Source: an uncultured Elusimicrobiaceae bacterium
GTDB taxonomy: Bacteria > Elusimicrobiota > Elusimicrobia > Elusimicrobiales > UBA9959
Direction of reading: 5' to 3'
Length of the DNA stretch: 64,000 nt
Assembly (NCBI GenBank): GCA_964417965.1
Contig: CAYQJX010000007.1
Coordinates: 12,717 to 76,716, forward strand
How positions within the stretch are numbered: the first letter of the stretch is position 1; each line of letters begins with the position of its first letter. Positions 56,621 through 64,000 of this stretch are shown piece after piece. The position numbers were made by a program, and so were the translations under genes. Under the pieces are notes generated by a model. It ran no database searches and was not told where the DNA came from. It saw only the letters and a program-made list of their open reading frames with translations.

Positions 56621-57733
56621 ATGCACAAACCTTTTATCTTCTTGGTCTCGCTGCTCTCGCTCGCCTCTTTTAATCCAGTTGCGGCCCTGGACCTGCAGCT
56701 CCCCAAAGAGCCCGCCTCCGTGGCAGTCCCCGCCGTGCCCGCCGCCGCGGCGGATGTGGACGCGCTCAAAGCGTCCTACGATGAGCTCTATTCGGCTCTG
56801 AAAGTCTTTTCCAGCGTTGCCTATGTCACCCCGCAGGACAGCCCCGAGTTCCTGGAAGCCTCCGCTTCCGGCCAGTACCTGCGCGCCAGGCTGCAGTCCC
56901 TGGGCCGCGCCATACGCTCTATCTCCGGCGTTGATTACCGCGGGGACGGTTCCCGCAGCCGCGGCACCGTTTCTTTTGGAGTGGTCAGCGAGCTTAACGA
57001 GGTTTTTGGTTTTTACCGCAAAGCAGACCGCGCCGACGACGTCCGCGGCGTCCCGATAAAGGACGGCTACTGCAAGATCAATTACGTCAAGAACAACGTG
57101 CCTTTCCTGGTGCAGTCCGACAGCTTCCTGAAAAAGGGCGAAGTGATCCTGACCTTCGACGACGGCCCCGGCCCGCTGACCGAAGAGGTTTCCGCCGCCA
57201 TGAAGGACGGCAACGCCCCTTCCGTGTTCTTCGTCCTGGGCTCCAAGCTGGGGGCCGCGGGCAAAGAGCGCGTGAAGAAAGCGGCCGCCGACGGCCACGA
57301 GATAGCCGTGCACGGCTACTGGCACGCCAACGAGGCCGGCAAGCCTTTCACCGTTTTTTCCACCGCCGAGATCGTCAAGCAGCTGGGCGGCGTGAGCGCC
57401 TCCATCACCGGAGCCGCGGGCCGCAAGCCCGGTTTCTTCCGCCCGCCGTACGGCATCATCACCCCCGAGGCCGTCAGGGCCCTGGATTCCGAACTGGGCC
57501 TGGTGCCGGTGGGCTGGACCGTGGACACGCTGGACTGGTCCACCAAGAACCCCGAAGAACTTTTCGACAAGACCGTGGCCCTGATACAGCAGCGCGGCAA
57601 GGGCATAGTGCTGATGCACGACATCCACGACCAGAGCCGCATCGCCTCCAAGCGGCTGGTAAAATGGCTGGCCGACAACGGCTACACGGTGGTTTCCCCC
57701 GAGAGGATGACCAAGGCCTACAGGGGCGAGTAA
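56621..57733 (+). CDS. secreted polysaccharide deacetylase (NodB/CE4)
   Basis: LTFDDGPG, HGYWH, FFRPPYG and VLMHD. Signal peptide. Confidence 0.85.
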   Translation: MHKPFIFLVSLLSLASFNPVAALDLQLPKEPASVAVPAVPAAAADVDALKASYDELYSALKVFSSVAYVTPQDSPEFLEASASGQYLRARLQSLGRAIRSISGVDYRGDGSRSRGTVSFGVVSELNEVFGFYRKADRADDVRGVPIKDGYCKINYVKNNVPFLVQSDSFLKKGEVILTFDDGPGPLTEEVSAAMKDGNAPSVFFVLGSKLGAAGKERVKKAAADGHEIAVHGYWHANEAGKPFTVFSTAEIVKQLGGVSASITGAAGRKPGFFRPPYGIITPEAVRALDSELGLVPVGWTVDTLDWSTKNPEELFDKTVALIQQRGKGIVLMHDIHDQSRIASKRLVKWLADNGYTVVSPERMTKAYRGE

Positions 57734-57753
57734 GAACTTTACGGGTCAGGCTG

Positions 57754-57786
57754 AAAGCGGCGCCTTAACAAGGCGCCGCTTTTTTG
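57754..57786 (+). terminator. intrinsic terminator
   Basis: AGCGGCGCCTT-AAC-AAGGCGCCGCT followed by a T-run. Confidence 0.85.
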
Positions 57787-57792
57787 TAAAAT
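57783..57792 (+). promoter_or_regulatory. extended -10-like box TTTGTAAAAT, 6 nt before ATG (leaderless candidate)
   Basis: TAAAAT 57787-57792, then N6, then ATG 57799. Overlaps the terminator T-run. Confidence 0.4.
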
Positions 57793-57798
57793 CAATCT

Positions 57799-58542
57799 AT
57801 GGCGGGGATTTCTATATACGCGCACCGGGGCGGCATGCACAACGCGCCCGAGAACACCGTGGCGGCCTTTAAGCGGGCCCTCTCGGACGGTGCCTCCGCG
57901 GTGGAATGCGACATCCGCCGCACGGCCGACGGGCAGTTTGTGGCCTTCCACGACGCCTCGGCCGGGCGGGTTTGCGGGCGCAACTGGCGGATCGCGGCTA
58001 CGGAGTGGTCCCATCTCAAGAGCCTGCGCGTGCTGGGCAAGGAACCGATAGCCCACCTCGACGACATCCTCAACCTGATGATCCTGCGGCCCGGCACGGA
58101 TTTTTATTTTGAACTGGCCCTGGAGCGCGAGGCTGACGCCGCGGACCTGGCCCGGCAGATACAGCGCGCCGGGATGCAGCACCGGGCCTACCTGCTGGCT
58201 TTCTCCCACCGGACCTCTTACCTTGAGGCGGCCAGGGAGGCCGTGCCGGGCATCGGCTCGGCCGTGATGCCGCTGTTCCCTTCCGATATGCTGGGGACGG
58301 CCTGGCGCGCCGGCGCGTCCAAGGTGTGCGCCGGCTGGCTGGACCTGCCGTTTACCAAACAGCTTTTCTTCTGGGGGGCGGGGGCCTTTAATTTTAAACA
58401 GCAGGCCGAAGACGCGGACCTGGCCGGGGTGGAGATCTCGGCGGGGATAGCCAACCACCCGCGCGAAGTGCGCCGGCTGCGGGAACTGGGAGCCAGGGCC
58501 GTCTGGACCGACGACGTGCCGATGGCGGCCAAACTGCTTTGA
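57799..58542 (+). CDS. glycerophosphodiester phosphodiesterase family protein
   Basis: IYAHRGG...PENT...VECDIRRTADGQFVAFHD. Confidence 0.85.
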   Translation: MAGISIYAHRGGMHNAPENTVAAFKRALSDGASAVECDIRRTADGQFVAFHDASAGRVCGRNWRIAATEWSHLKSLRVLGKEPIAHLDDILNLMILRPGTDFYFELALEREADAADLARQIQRAGMQHRAYLLAFSHRTSYLEAAREAVPGIGSAVMPLFPSDMLGTAWRAGASKVCAGWLDLPFTKQLFFWGAGAFNFKQQAEDADLAGVEISAGIANHPREVRRLRELGARAVWTDDVPMAAKLL

Positions 58543-58548
58543 GGGACT

Positions 58549-59157
58549 ATGGCATATAAAATACTGGCTATAAACGGCAGCTACCGGCGCGGCGGGGTGA
58601 TAGACCAGGCGGTGGAAGCCGCCTGCGCGGCGGCCCGGGCGGCCGGCGCCGAGACTACCTCCGTGATCCTTGTTGAAAGGTATATAGAGTTTTGCTTGAA
58701 TTGCCGCTCCTGTATGCAGGCCCCGGGCGAGGAGCGCGGCGCCTGCGTGCATGCCGACGGGATGGGCGCTCTGCTGGACCAGGCCGACGCCGCCGACGCG
58801 CTGATAATCGCCGCGCCGGTGAATTATTTCAATGTGACCGCAGTCACCAGGCGGTTCCTGGAGCGGCTGGTGCCCGGCGCCTACTGGCCCTGGGGCGCCA
58901 ATACCCCCGAAATGCGCGGCCGGCCGTACAAGAAAGCGGTGCTGATCACTTCCTCGGCCATGCCTTCGCTCCTGGGCCGCGTGGCCACGGGCGCCCTGCG
59001 CGCCCTCAAGGCGGCGGCGGAGGGTTTGGGGGCCAAGCCGGCCGGCACGCTTTTTATCGGTCTCGCTTCGATGGAGGAAAAGCCGCGGCTGGCGGCTTGG
59101 GACGCGCGCATAGCGGCCAAGCTGGGCCGCCGGCTGGCCAAGGGAGCTGGGCGCTGA
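58549..59157 (+). CDS. flavodoxin-like NAD(P)H-dependent FMN reductase family protein
   Basis: KILAINGSYRRGG. Cys cluster CLNCRSC. PVNYFNV. Confidence 0.6.
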   Translation: MAYKILAINGSYRRGGVIDQAVEAACAAARAAGAETTSVILVERYIEFCLNCRSCMQAPGEERGACVHADGMGALLDQADAADALIIAAPVNYFNVTAVTRRFLERLVPGAYWPWGANTPEMRGRPYKKAVLITSSAMPSLLGRVATGALRALKAAAEGLGAKPAGTLFIGLASMEEKPRLAAWDARIAAKLGRRLAKGAGR

Positions 59158-59846
59158 TGTTCAAGAAAATACTTTTGGTGGACGACGACGCGCTGGTGCT
59201 TAATTCCACGCGCCGCTACCTGGAGGAGCGCGGCTTCGCCGTCTCCTGCGCGGAGAACGGCTCCGAGGCGGTGGCGGTGGCCCGGGAATCGCGGCCGGAC
59301 CTGGTGATCACGGACGCGGAGATGAAGGGGCTGGACGGCTTCGCGCTCTGCCGGGCGATAAAAGAGACGGAAGGTTTTTCCGGGGTGCCGGTGATAATTA
59401 TTTCGGGGCACAAGATCAGCGAGGAGGATATCCTGGCTGGCTATAACCGGGGCGCGGACGATTATATCCTGAAGCCTTTTTCTTTCCCGGTGCTGCTGGC
59501 CAAGCTGAAGGCGGTGATGAAGCGCTACGAGGCTTTCGCGGGGAAGACGGCCAAGATCTCGCGGTTCGGCCTGGTGGTGGACCCGGAGAACCGCACGGTG
59601 GCCATCAAGGGCGAGATCGTCAAGCTGACCCGCAAGGAATTCGATCTGCTTACTGTTCTGCTTACCGAGGAGGGCCGGCTGCTCGGCATTCCTTATCTGC
59701 TGGAGACTGTCTGGGGCTACGACCCGGCCAGCTACAACGATCCTCACACCGTGGGCGTGCATGTTTCCTCCCTGCGCAAGAAGCTGGGCCCGGAGATAGG
59801 CGACCACATTACCAGTGTGACCGGTCACGGTTACAAATTCGAATAA
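59157..59846 (+). CDS. OmpR/PhoB-family response regulator
   Basis: Receiver ILLVDDD...DLVITD, and winged helix LTRKEFDLLTVLL...GHGYKF. The ATG overlaps the upstream stop (TGATG). Confidence 0.9.
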   Translation: MFKKILLVDDDALVLNSTRRYLEERGFAVSCAENGSEAVAVARESRPDLVITDAEMKGLDGFALCRAIKETEGFSGVPVIIISGHKISEEDILAGYNRGADDYILKPFSFPVLLAKLKAVMKRYEAFAGKTAKISRFGLVVDPENRTVAIKGEIVKLTRKEFDLLTVLLTEEGRLLGIPYLLETVWGYDPASYNDPHTVGVHVSSLRKKLGPEIGDHITSVTGHGYKFE

Positions 59847-59855
59847 AAATTTGGG

Positions 59856-59957
59856 ACCGGCACGACCGTGCTCCCGCGAGCGATTTTAGGGCGGAGGACC
59901 GCAGGCCCTCTTCTGCCGCGCCCGCTTATGAGCTCGCGGGAGCACGGTCGCGCCGGT
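59856..59957. repeat. 102 bp element formed by 26 bp inverted repeats around a structured 50 nt spacer
   Basis: ACCGGCACGACCGTGCTCCCGCGAGC (59856-59881) versus GCTCGCGGGAGCACGGTCGCGCCGGT (59932-59957), 25 of 26 complementary. No T-run follows. Confidence 0.65.
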
Positions 59958-59971
59958 ACTGTGTGTGATAC

Positions 59972-59989
59972 GATTTGACTGAGATTTGA
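59972..59989 (+). promoter_or_regulatory. 7-4-7 direct repeat GATTTGA-CTGA-GATTTGA (candidate OmpR/PhoB-type binding site)
   Basis: Perfect heptamer repeat with 11 bp periodicity in an AT-rich stretch, 62 nt upstream of the ATG at 60051. Confidence 0.35.
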
Positions 59990-60050
59990 TTATTTTTTGG
60001 CGTTTACTGTAATACCCTCTGATAAAGTATTGGTGTGGAAAGGAGGGGTT

Positions 60051-60959
60051 ATGAAAAGCGTCCTGGTAGTAAAATTAACCTTCGCAGCCGCCCTCCTTAT
60101 GTCGCTGTGCGTCCCCGGAGTTTTAGCCTCCGAGGACGTCTACAAGAAGATGGCCAACGACATCGCCAAGTATTCCAATACCAAAAAAGTTAAGAATCTC
60201 GCCGTGCTCGGTTTTTCGCGCCGGGCGCGCACTTCCCGCGAGGAGAGCGAGTATATTTCGGAGAAGCTGCTGTCCTGCCTGGTGGCCGGCGGCAAGGTGA
60301 ACCTGGTGGAGCGTTCGCAGCTGGCGCAGGTGCTGGAGGAACGCCGGCTGACCGCGTCCGGGGTGACGGAGGAGCAGGCCGACGCGCAGGCCAGGATAAA
60401 CCCGAGCGACGTGATAATAGTGGGGACCATCTTCGGCACCAAGGAACACCTTAAGATAATAGCCAAAATGATAGACCCCCTTACCGGGGCGGTGCTGCAC
60501 ACCATTGAGGCGCAGACCGAGCGGCAGTGGGAGATCATGCCGGACCGGCAGGGCTTCGAGTTCGAGGTGCCGGACCTGCGCGAGATCGCCTCGATGTTCA
60601 GCGAGGAGGGGTTCGATAACCCCGTTTTTGTGGATTTCCGGGACGCCCCCGTCAGCCTGAACACCGAGACCTGCAACGCCCGGCGCGTCCGGCTGAGCTC
60701 CATACAGGCGGAGGCGCTGGACGCCAAGGCCAAATACTGGGCCATGCAGATGCGCGACCCCGCCTTCAGCAGCGCCAAGATAAGGCGCAACCCGGGCGGC
60801 GAGATAAAGGACGCCGCCGCCAAAAAAAAGTTCTACGCCCTGCTGGACGCCTACTACAGGTCGGCGGAGGCGCCGGCGCTGAGCGTGGCCGAAATGAACG
60901 CGGTGATGGCCGTGATGGGCGAGGAGCAGAAGGTTTCGGACGAGTGCGGCCTGCATTGA
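60051..60959 (+). CDS. exported protein with FlgO/LpoB/CsgG-like N-terminal domain
   Basis: Signal peptide. LAVLGFSRR...LVERSQLAQVLEERRLTASG resembles the AVLPF...VVERxxLxxILxEQxLxxSG pattern. C-terminal half unknown. AGGAGG SD. Confidence 0.45.
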   Translation: MKSVLVVKLTFAAALLMSLCVPGVLASEDVYKKMANDIAKYSNTKKVKNLAVLGFSRRARTSREESEYISEKLLSCLVAGGKVNLVERSQLAQVLEERRLTASGVTEEQADAQARINPSDVIIVGTIFGTKEHLKIIAKMIDPLTGAVLHTIEAQTERQWEIMPDRQGFEFEVPDLREIASMFSEEGFDNPVFVDFRDAPVSLNTETCNARRVRLSSIQAEALDAKAKYWAMQMRDPAFSSAKIRRNPGGEIKDAAAKKKFYALLDAYYRSAEAPALSVAEMNAVMAVMGEEQKVSDECGLH

Positions 60960-60969
60960 TCGAGGTGGT

Positions 60970-62529
60970 ATGGGCTTCAAAGGGAAAGTGCTGGTGGTGG
61001 ACGACGACGAGGACCTGCTGGGGCTGGTCTCGTACGCGCTTTCACGTGCCGGCTACGAGGTGTTCACCGCGGTGCGCGGGGACGAAGGCGCCGCCGCGGC
61101 GGTGCCGGGCGGGTTCGACCTGGTGCTGCTGGACATGATGCTGCCGGGGCTGGACGGGGTTTCCGTCCTGGGGGAGATAAAAAAATTCTCGCCGGCCACG
61201 GAAGTGATCATGCTCACGGCCCACAGCTCGGTCGACACGGCGGTAGAGTGCATGCGCATGGGGGCTTTCGACTACATTCGCAAACCTTTCAAGATAGAGG
61301 ACCTGGAAGCCGTGGCGGACAAAGCGCTGGAAAAACGCCGCCTCGGCGAGGTAGCCAGGGCAGCGCTGTCCTCCGGCGGGCCCAACGGCCTGATGCAGGC
61401 CATCACCGTCTCTGCCCGCTCGCTGCTGGGCGCCGACGAGGCGCTGGTGCTGCTGGACGCCGGCGGGGACGCCCCGCGGCTTGCGGCCGCGGCCGGGCTG
61501 GAGGGCGAAGCCCTGACCAAAGCCCGCGTTGAATTCTGCGCCGTGGGGCTGGGGCTGTTCGGCGAGTCCGGCGGGGAGCTGCTGGCCGTAGCGCCGGCCG
61601 CCGAAGCGCGCCTTAAGTCCCTGTCAGGGGCCGCCGGGGTAGAGGCGGCCCTTTTTGTGCCGCTGGCCGATGGCGGGCTGCTTTGCGCCTGCCGCCTGGC
61701 CGGGAGCGCTCCTTTCGGGGAGAAAGAGCTGCGCCGGGCCAGGAGCCTGGGGCCGCTGATCTCGCTGGCGCTAAAAAACTCCGAGCTCAACTCGCAGCTG
61801 CGCTCTGTGCGCATACAGCTGGCGCAGACCCAGAAAATGGAATCCCTGGGCCTGCTGACGGGCCAGATCTCGCATGATTTCAACAACCTGCTGTCCGTCA
61901 TTATAGGTTCCGTGCAGCTGCTCATGGAGAATATGCGGCCGGGCACCGGGCTGAAGCTTTCCGAGGATATCCTGCATATGGCCAGGGAGGCCGAGGCGCT
62001 GGTAAAACAGCTGCTGCTCTTCGCCAAAAAGGACGCGGGACCCGCCGCGCCTTCGGACCTGAACGCCGCTATCGACGAGGTGAAGATCATTGTGGCGATG
62101 ATGGCGGGTAAACAGGCGCGGGTGGAATACCGGCAGGACAAGGCGCTGCCTAAAGCCAGGATACGCCCGGAACATTTTAAACAGGTGGTGCTGAACCTGG
62201 CGGCCAACGCCAGGAAAGCCGTTGCGGACAACGGCAGCATTACCGTCTCCACGCGCCGGGGGCTGGCCGGGGAGGACGCGCCGCCGGAGATGCGGGCGGA
62301 AGACTGCCTGGTGCTGGAGGTGGCCGACGACGGGCCGGGGATAAGCCCGGAAAACCTGGACAAGATCTTTGAACCCTTCTTCACCACCAGGCCGGCGGGG
62401 CAGGGTACGGGGCTGGGGCTGCATATCGCCAGGAGCGTGCTGCGTGACTGCGGGGGGGATATAATGGCCGCCAACAGGGCCGGGGGCGGAGCGGTCTTCC
62501 GGGTGTTCCTGCCTGCCTGCGGGGCTTAG
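60970..62529 (+). CDS. hybrid receiver / GAF-like / histidine kinase (REC N-terminal)
   Basis: VLVVDDD...LVLLDMMLPGLDG, HisKA H-box GQISHDFNNLL, and HATPase GTGLGLHIA. No TM segments. Confidence 0.85.
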   Translation: MGFKGKVLVVDDDEDLLGLVSYALSRAGYEVFTAVRGDEGAAAAVPGGFDLVLLDMMLPGLDGVSVLGEIKKFSPATEVIMLTAHSSVDTAVECMRMGAFDYIRKPFKIEDLEAVADKALEKRRLGEVARAALSSGGPNGLMQAITVSARSLLGADEALVLLDAGGDAPRLAAAAGLEGEALTKARVEFCAVGLGLFGESGGELLAVAPAAEARLKSLSGAAGVEAALFVPLADGGLLCACRLAGSAPFGEKELRRARSLGPLISLALKNSELNSQLRSVRIQLAQTQKMESLGLLTGQISHDFNNLLSVIIGSVQLLMENMRPGTGLKLSEDILHMAREAEALVKQLLLFAKKDAGPAAPSDLNAAIDEVKIIVAMMAGKQARVEYRQDKALPKARIRPEHFKQVVLNLAANARKAVADNGSITVSTRRGLAGEDAPPEMRAEDCLVLEVADDGPGISPENLDKIFEPFFTTRPAGQGTGLGLHIARSVLRDCGGDIMAANRAGGGAVFRVFLPACGA

Positions 62530-62888
62530 GCCCCGGTCACTTTGGCCAGCAGGTCGCGGATCTCGTCTATGCCGAACGGTTTTATCAGAAAACCCTGCAC
62601 TTCCACGCCGGGCACTATGGGCGTGGTTATGTTGGACACCGAGCCCGTTATTACGATGACCGGCAGGGCGGGCCTGGCGGTCTTGAAAGCTTTTATCACT
62701 TCTTCGCCGCGCATGTCTGGCATCTTCAGGTCGCAGATGACGGCGCTGAGGTCGTCCCTGCCGGTAAGGGCCAGCGCTTCCGTGCCGTTGCGCGCCTCGG
62801 TGATGTCCCAGCCTCGGCTGGCGAGCGCGCGGCGCACGTAGTTGCGCACCAGATCCTCGTCGTCCACTATTAAAACTTTTTTCGTCAT
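62526..62888 (-). CDS. stand-alone response-regulator receiver
   Basis: VLIVDDED...AVICDLKMPDMRGEE...IKP. Its stop overlaps the stop of the convergent kinase gene. Confidence 0.85.
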   Translation of the reverse strand: MTKKVLIVDDEDLVRNYVRRALASRGWDITEARNGTEALALTGRDDLSAVICDLKMPDMRGEEVIKAFKTARPALPVIVITGSVSNITTPIVPGVEVQGFLIKPFGIDEIRDLLAKVTGA

Positions 62889-64000
62889 AGGGCGGGCAGG
62901 CGCACCGTGAACGCCGAGCCTTTTTCGGGGGCGCTGTGCGCCGAGATGGAGCCGTTATGCTTGTTGATGATGCCCAGGCAGACGGAGAGGCCGAGGCCGG
63001 TGCCCTGGCCCGCCGGCTTGGTGGTGAAGAACGGGTCGAAAATGCGGCCGAGGATTTCTTCGGGGATGCCGGCGCCGCTGTCCGCTATGCAGATCTCCAC
63101 CCGGCTCCCGGCCTTGCGGGTGGAGATAGTTATGGCGCCGCCTTCGGGCATGGCGTCCCTGGCGTTGGTCAGCAGGTTCAGGAACACCTGCATCAGCTGC
63201 TGGAAGTCGCCGCTGACCTGCGGCAGACCTTCCGCGAAATTCCGTTCGATCCGCACGCGCTTGAGCTCCATCTGCCGCGCGCACAGCGTGAGGGTTTCCT
63301 CTATGACCTCGTTGACGCTGACGGACTCCATGTGCGTCCGTTCCTGCCGCGCGAAGGACAGCAGCGAGGTGATGATCTTCTTGCAGCGGAAGACGGCTTT
63401 TTCTATGTCCCGGAGGTCCTGGTGGTTCTGCGTGTCGGGGGGGGTCTTTTCCAGCACCAGCTGGGTGAGGCCGAGGATGCCCGACAGCGGGTTGTTGATC
63501 TCGTGGGCGAGGCCGCCGGCCAGCTGGCCCAGGGCCGACATCTTTTCCGCCTGCACCAGCTGTCCCTGCGTCTCCTGCAGCTGCCGGTAGAGGTTGGCGT
63601 TCCTGAGGGCCAGGTTGACCAGCGAGCCGAAGATCCTGGCCCGCTGCAGGTCGTTCTCGCCGAATTTTTCCTCGCTGTCGCGGCGGTTTATGCCGATGAC
63701 CCCGGCCAGGCGGTTCTCTTCCATGATCGGCAGCAGCAGTACCGATTTGAGGTCGCCGATGCCGGCTATGCCGTTCAGGCGGCTGTCGCCGGCGGGATTC
63801 TCCACCAGCGCCACGCCCCTGGCGCCGTCGCCCTCGAACTGCGCGCTCATGCGGGCGCAGATCTCCAGGCGGGAGGCGCGCTCAGGCTCGCTGTCGAGGC
63901 CGTCGGAAACCGCTACCGCCAGGCGGCCGTCCTTGCCGGCCAGGGCCAGCAGGGCCTCGTCGGCCTTGAGGATGCGCATGGCCGAGTCGATGATGAGATG
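62885..64000 (-). CDS. cytoplasmic GAF-histidine kinase, N-terminus outside window
   Basis: H-box GGLAHEINNPL and GTGLGLSV. The frame stays open upstream of the ATG at 63979 to the window edge (…HLIIDSAMRILKAD looks like mid-GAF). Confidence 0.85.
   Translation of the reverse strand, partial: HLIIDSAMRILKADEALLALAGKDGRLAVAVSDGLDSEPERASRLEICARMSAQFEGDGARGVALVENPAGDSRLNGIAGIGDLKSVLLLPIMEENRLAGVIGINRRDSEEKFGENDLQRARIFGSLVNLALRNANLYRQLQETQGQLVQAEKMSALGQLAGGLAHEINNPLSGILGLTQLVLEKTPPDTQNHQDLRDIEKAVFRCKKIITSLLSFARQERTHMESVSVNEVIEETLTLCARQMELKRVRIERNFAEGLPQVSGDFQQLMQVFLNLLTNARDAMPEGGAITISTRKAGSRVEICIADSGAGIPEEILGRIFDPFFTTKPAGQGTGLGLSVCLGIINKHNGSISAHSAPEKGSAFTVRLPAL

Noticed and set aside
58692-59156. 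Upstream extension of the OmpR-family regulator ORF. Similar extensions occur at 19035-19298, 18392-18484 and 50719-51009.
   Set aside because: They overlap well-supported genes in other frames and are Arg/Gly/Pro-rich. The receiver, signal-peptide or zinc-ribbon domains begin at the internal ATGs.

Overview
GC-rich bacterial chromosome, mostly core housekeeping genes. I cannot assign the taxon. An AMIN-domain amidase, lipoboxes and an FlgO/LpoB-like protein suggest a diderm.

The centre (22.0-37.4 kb) is an S10-spc-alpha ribosomal-protein supercluster running rplC to rplQ, and it includes secY, adk, map, infA, rpmJ and rpoA. It runs without a visible terminator into mreBCD-mrdA-rodA. These are followed by a DUF2344 protein, RNase G, a cell-wall amidase and murI. 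Further right are a queC/queE cluster, a secreted PLD-like protein, hpt-ftsH-cdaA, a polysaccharide deacetylase, a GDPD and a two-component cluster.

The left 21 kb is more accessory. It is rich in predicted secreted hydrolases: an RNase Sa-like nuclease, a HExxH protease, an M28 aminopeptidase, a DUF882 peptidase, a V8-like protease and a trypsin-like protease. It also carries an RRM RNA-binding protein, a GYF-like repeat protein, and NamZ, RluA and AlaX-like proteins.

I found no rRNA, tRNA, CRISPR array, transposase, integrase or recognisable defence island. I do not see a convincing novel multi-gene system.

The best leads are regulatory or architectural:
1. TTGnTAnAAT extended -10 boxes recur 6-9 nt upstream of ATGs, which implies many leaderless mRNAs.
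2. rplC lacks rpsJ and instead has a perfect consensus promoter and a roughly 280 nt low-GC leader. This sits beside a pseudogene remnant and an inverted-repeat element.
3. CdaR appears reduced to a 31 aa membrane-anchor ORF coupled to cdaA.
4. A solitary HicA-like gene, with the catalytic His apparently replaced, is coupled to a lipoprotein gene.
5. A divergent ComB-like gene is translationally coupled to queC-queE, and queD is absent.
6. An AT-rich palindrome is followed by a candidate sRNA or structured 3' UTR.
7. A pho-box-like 7-4-7 direct repeat lies downstream of an OmpR-family regulator.

All functional calls rest on motif recognition by eye. No searches were run.
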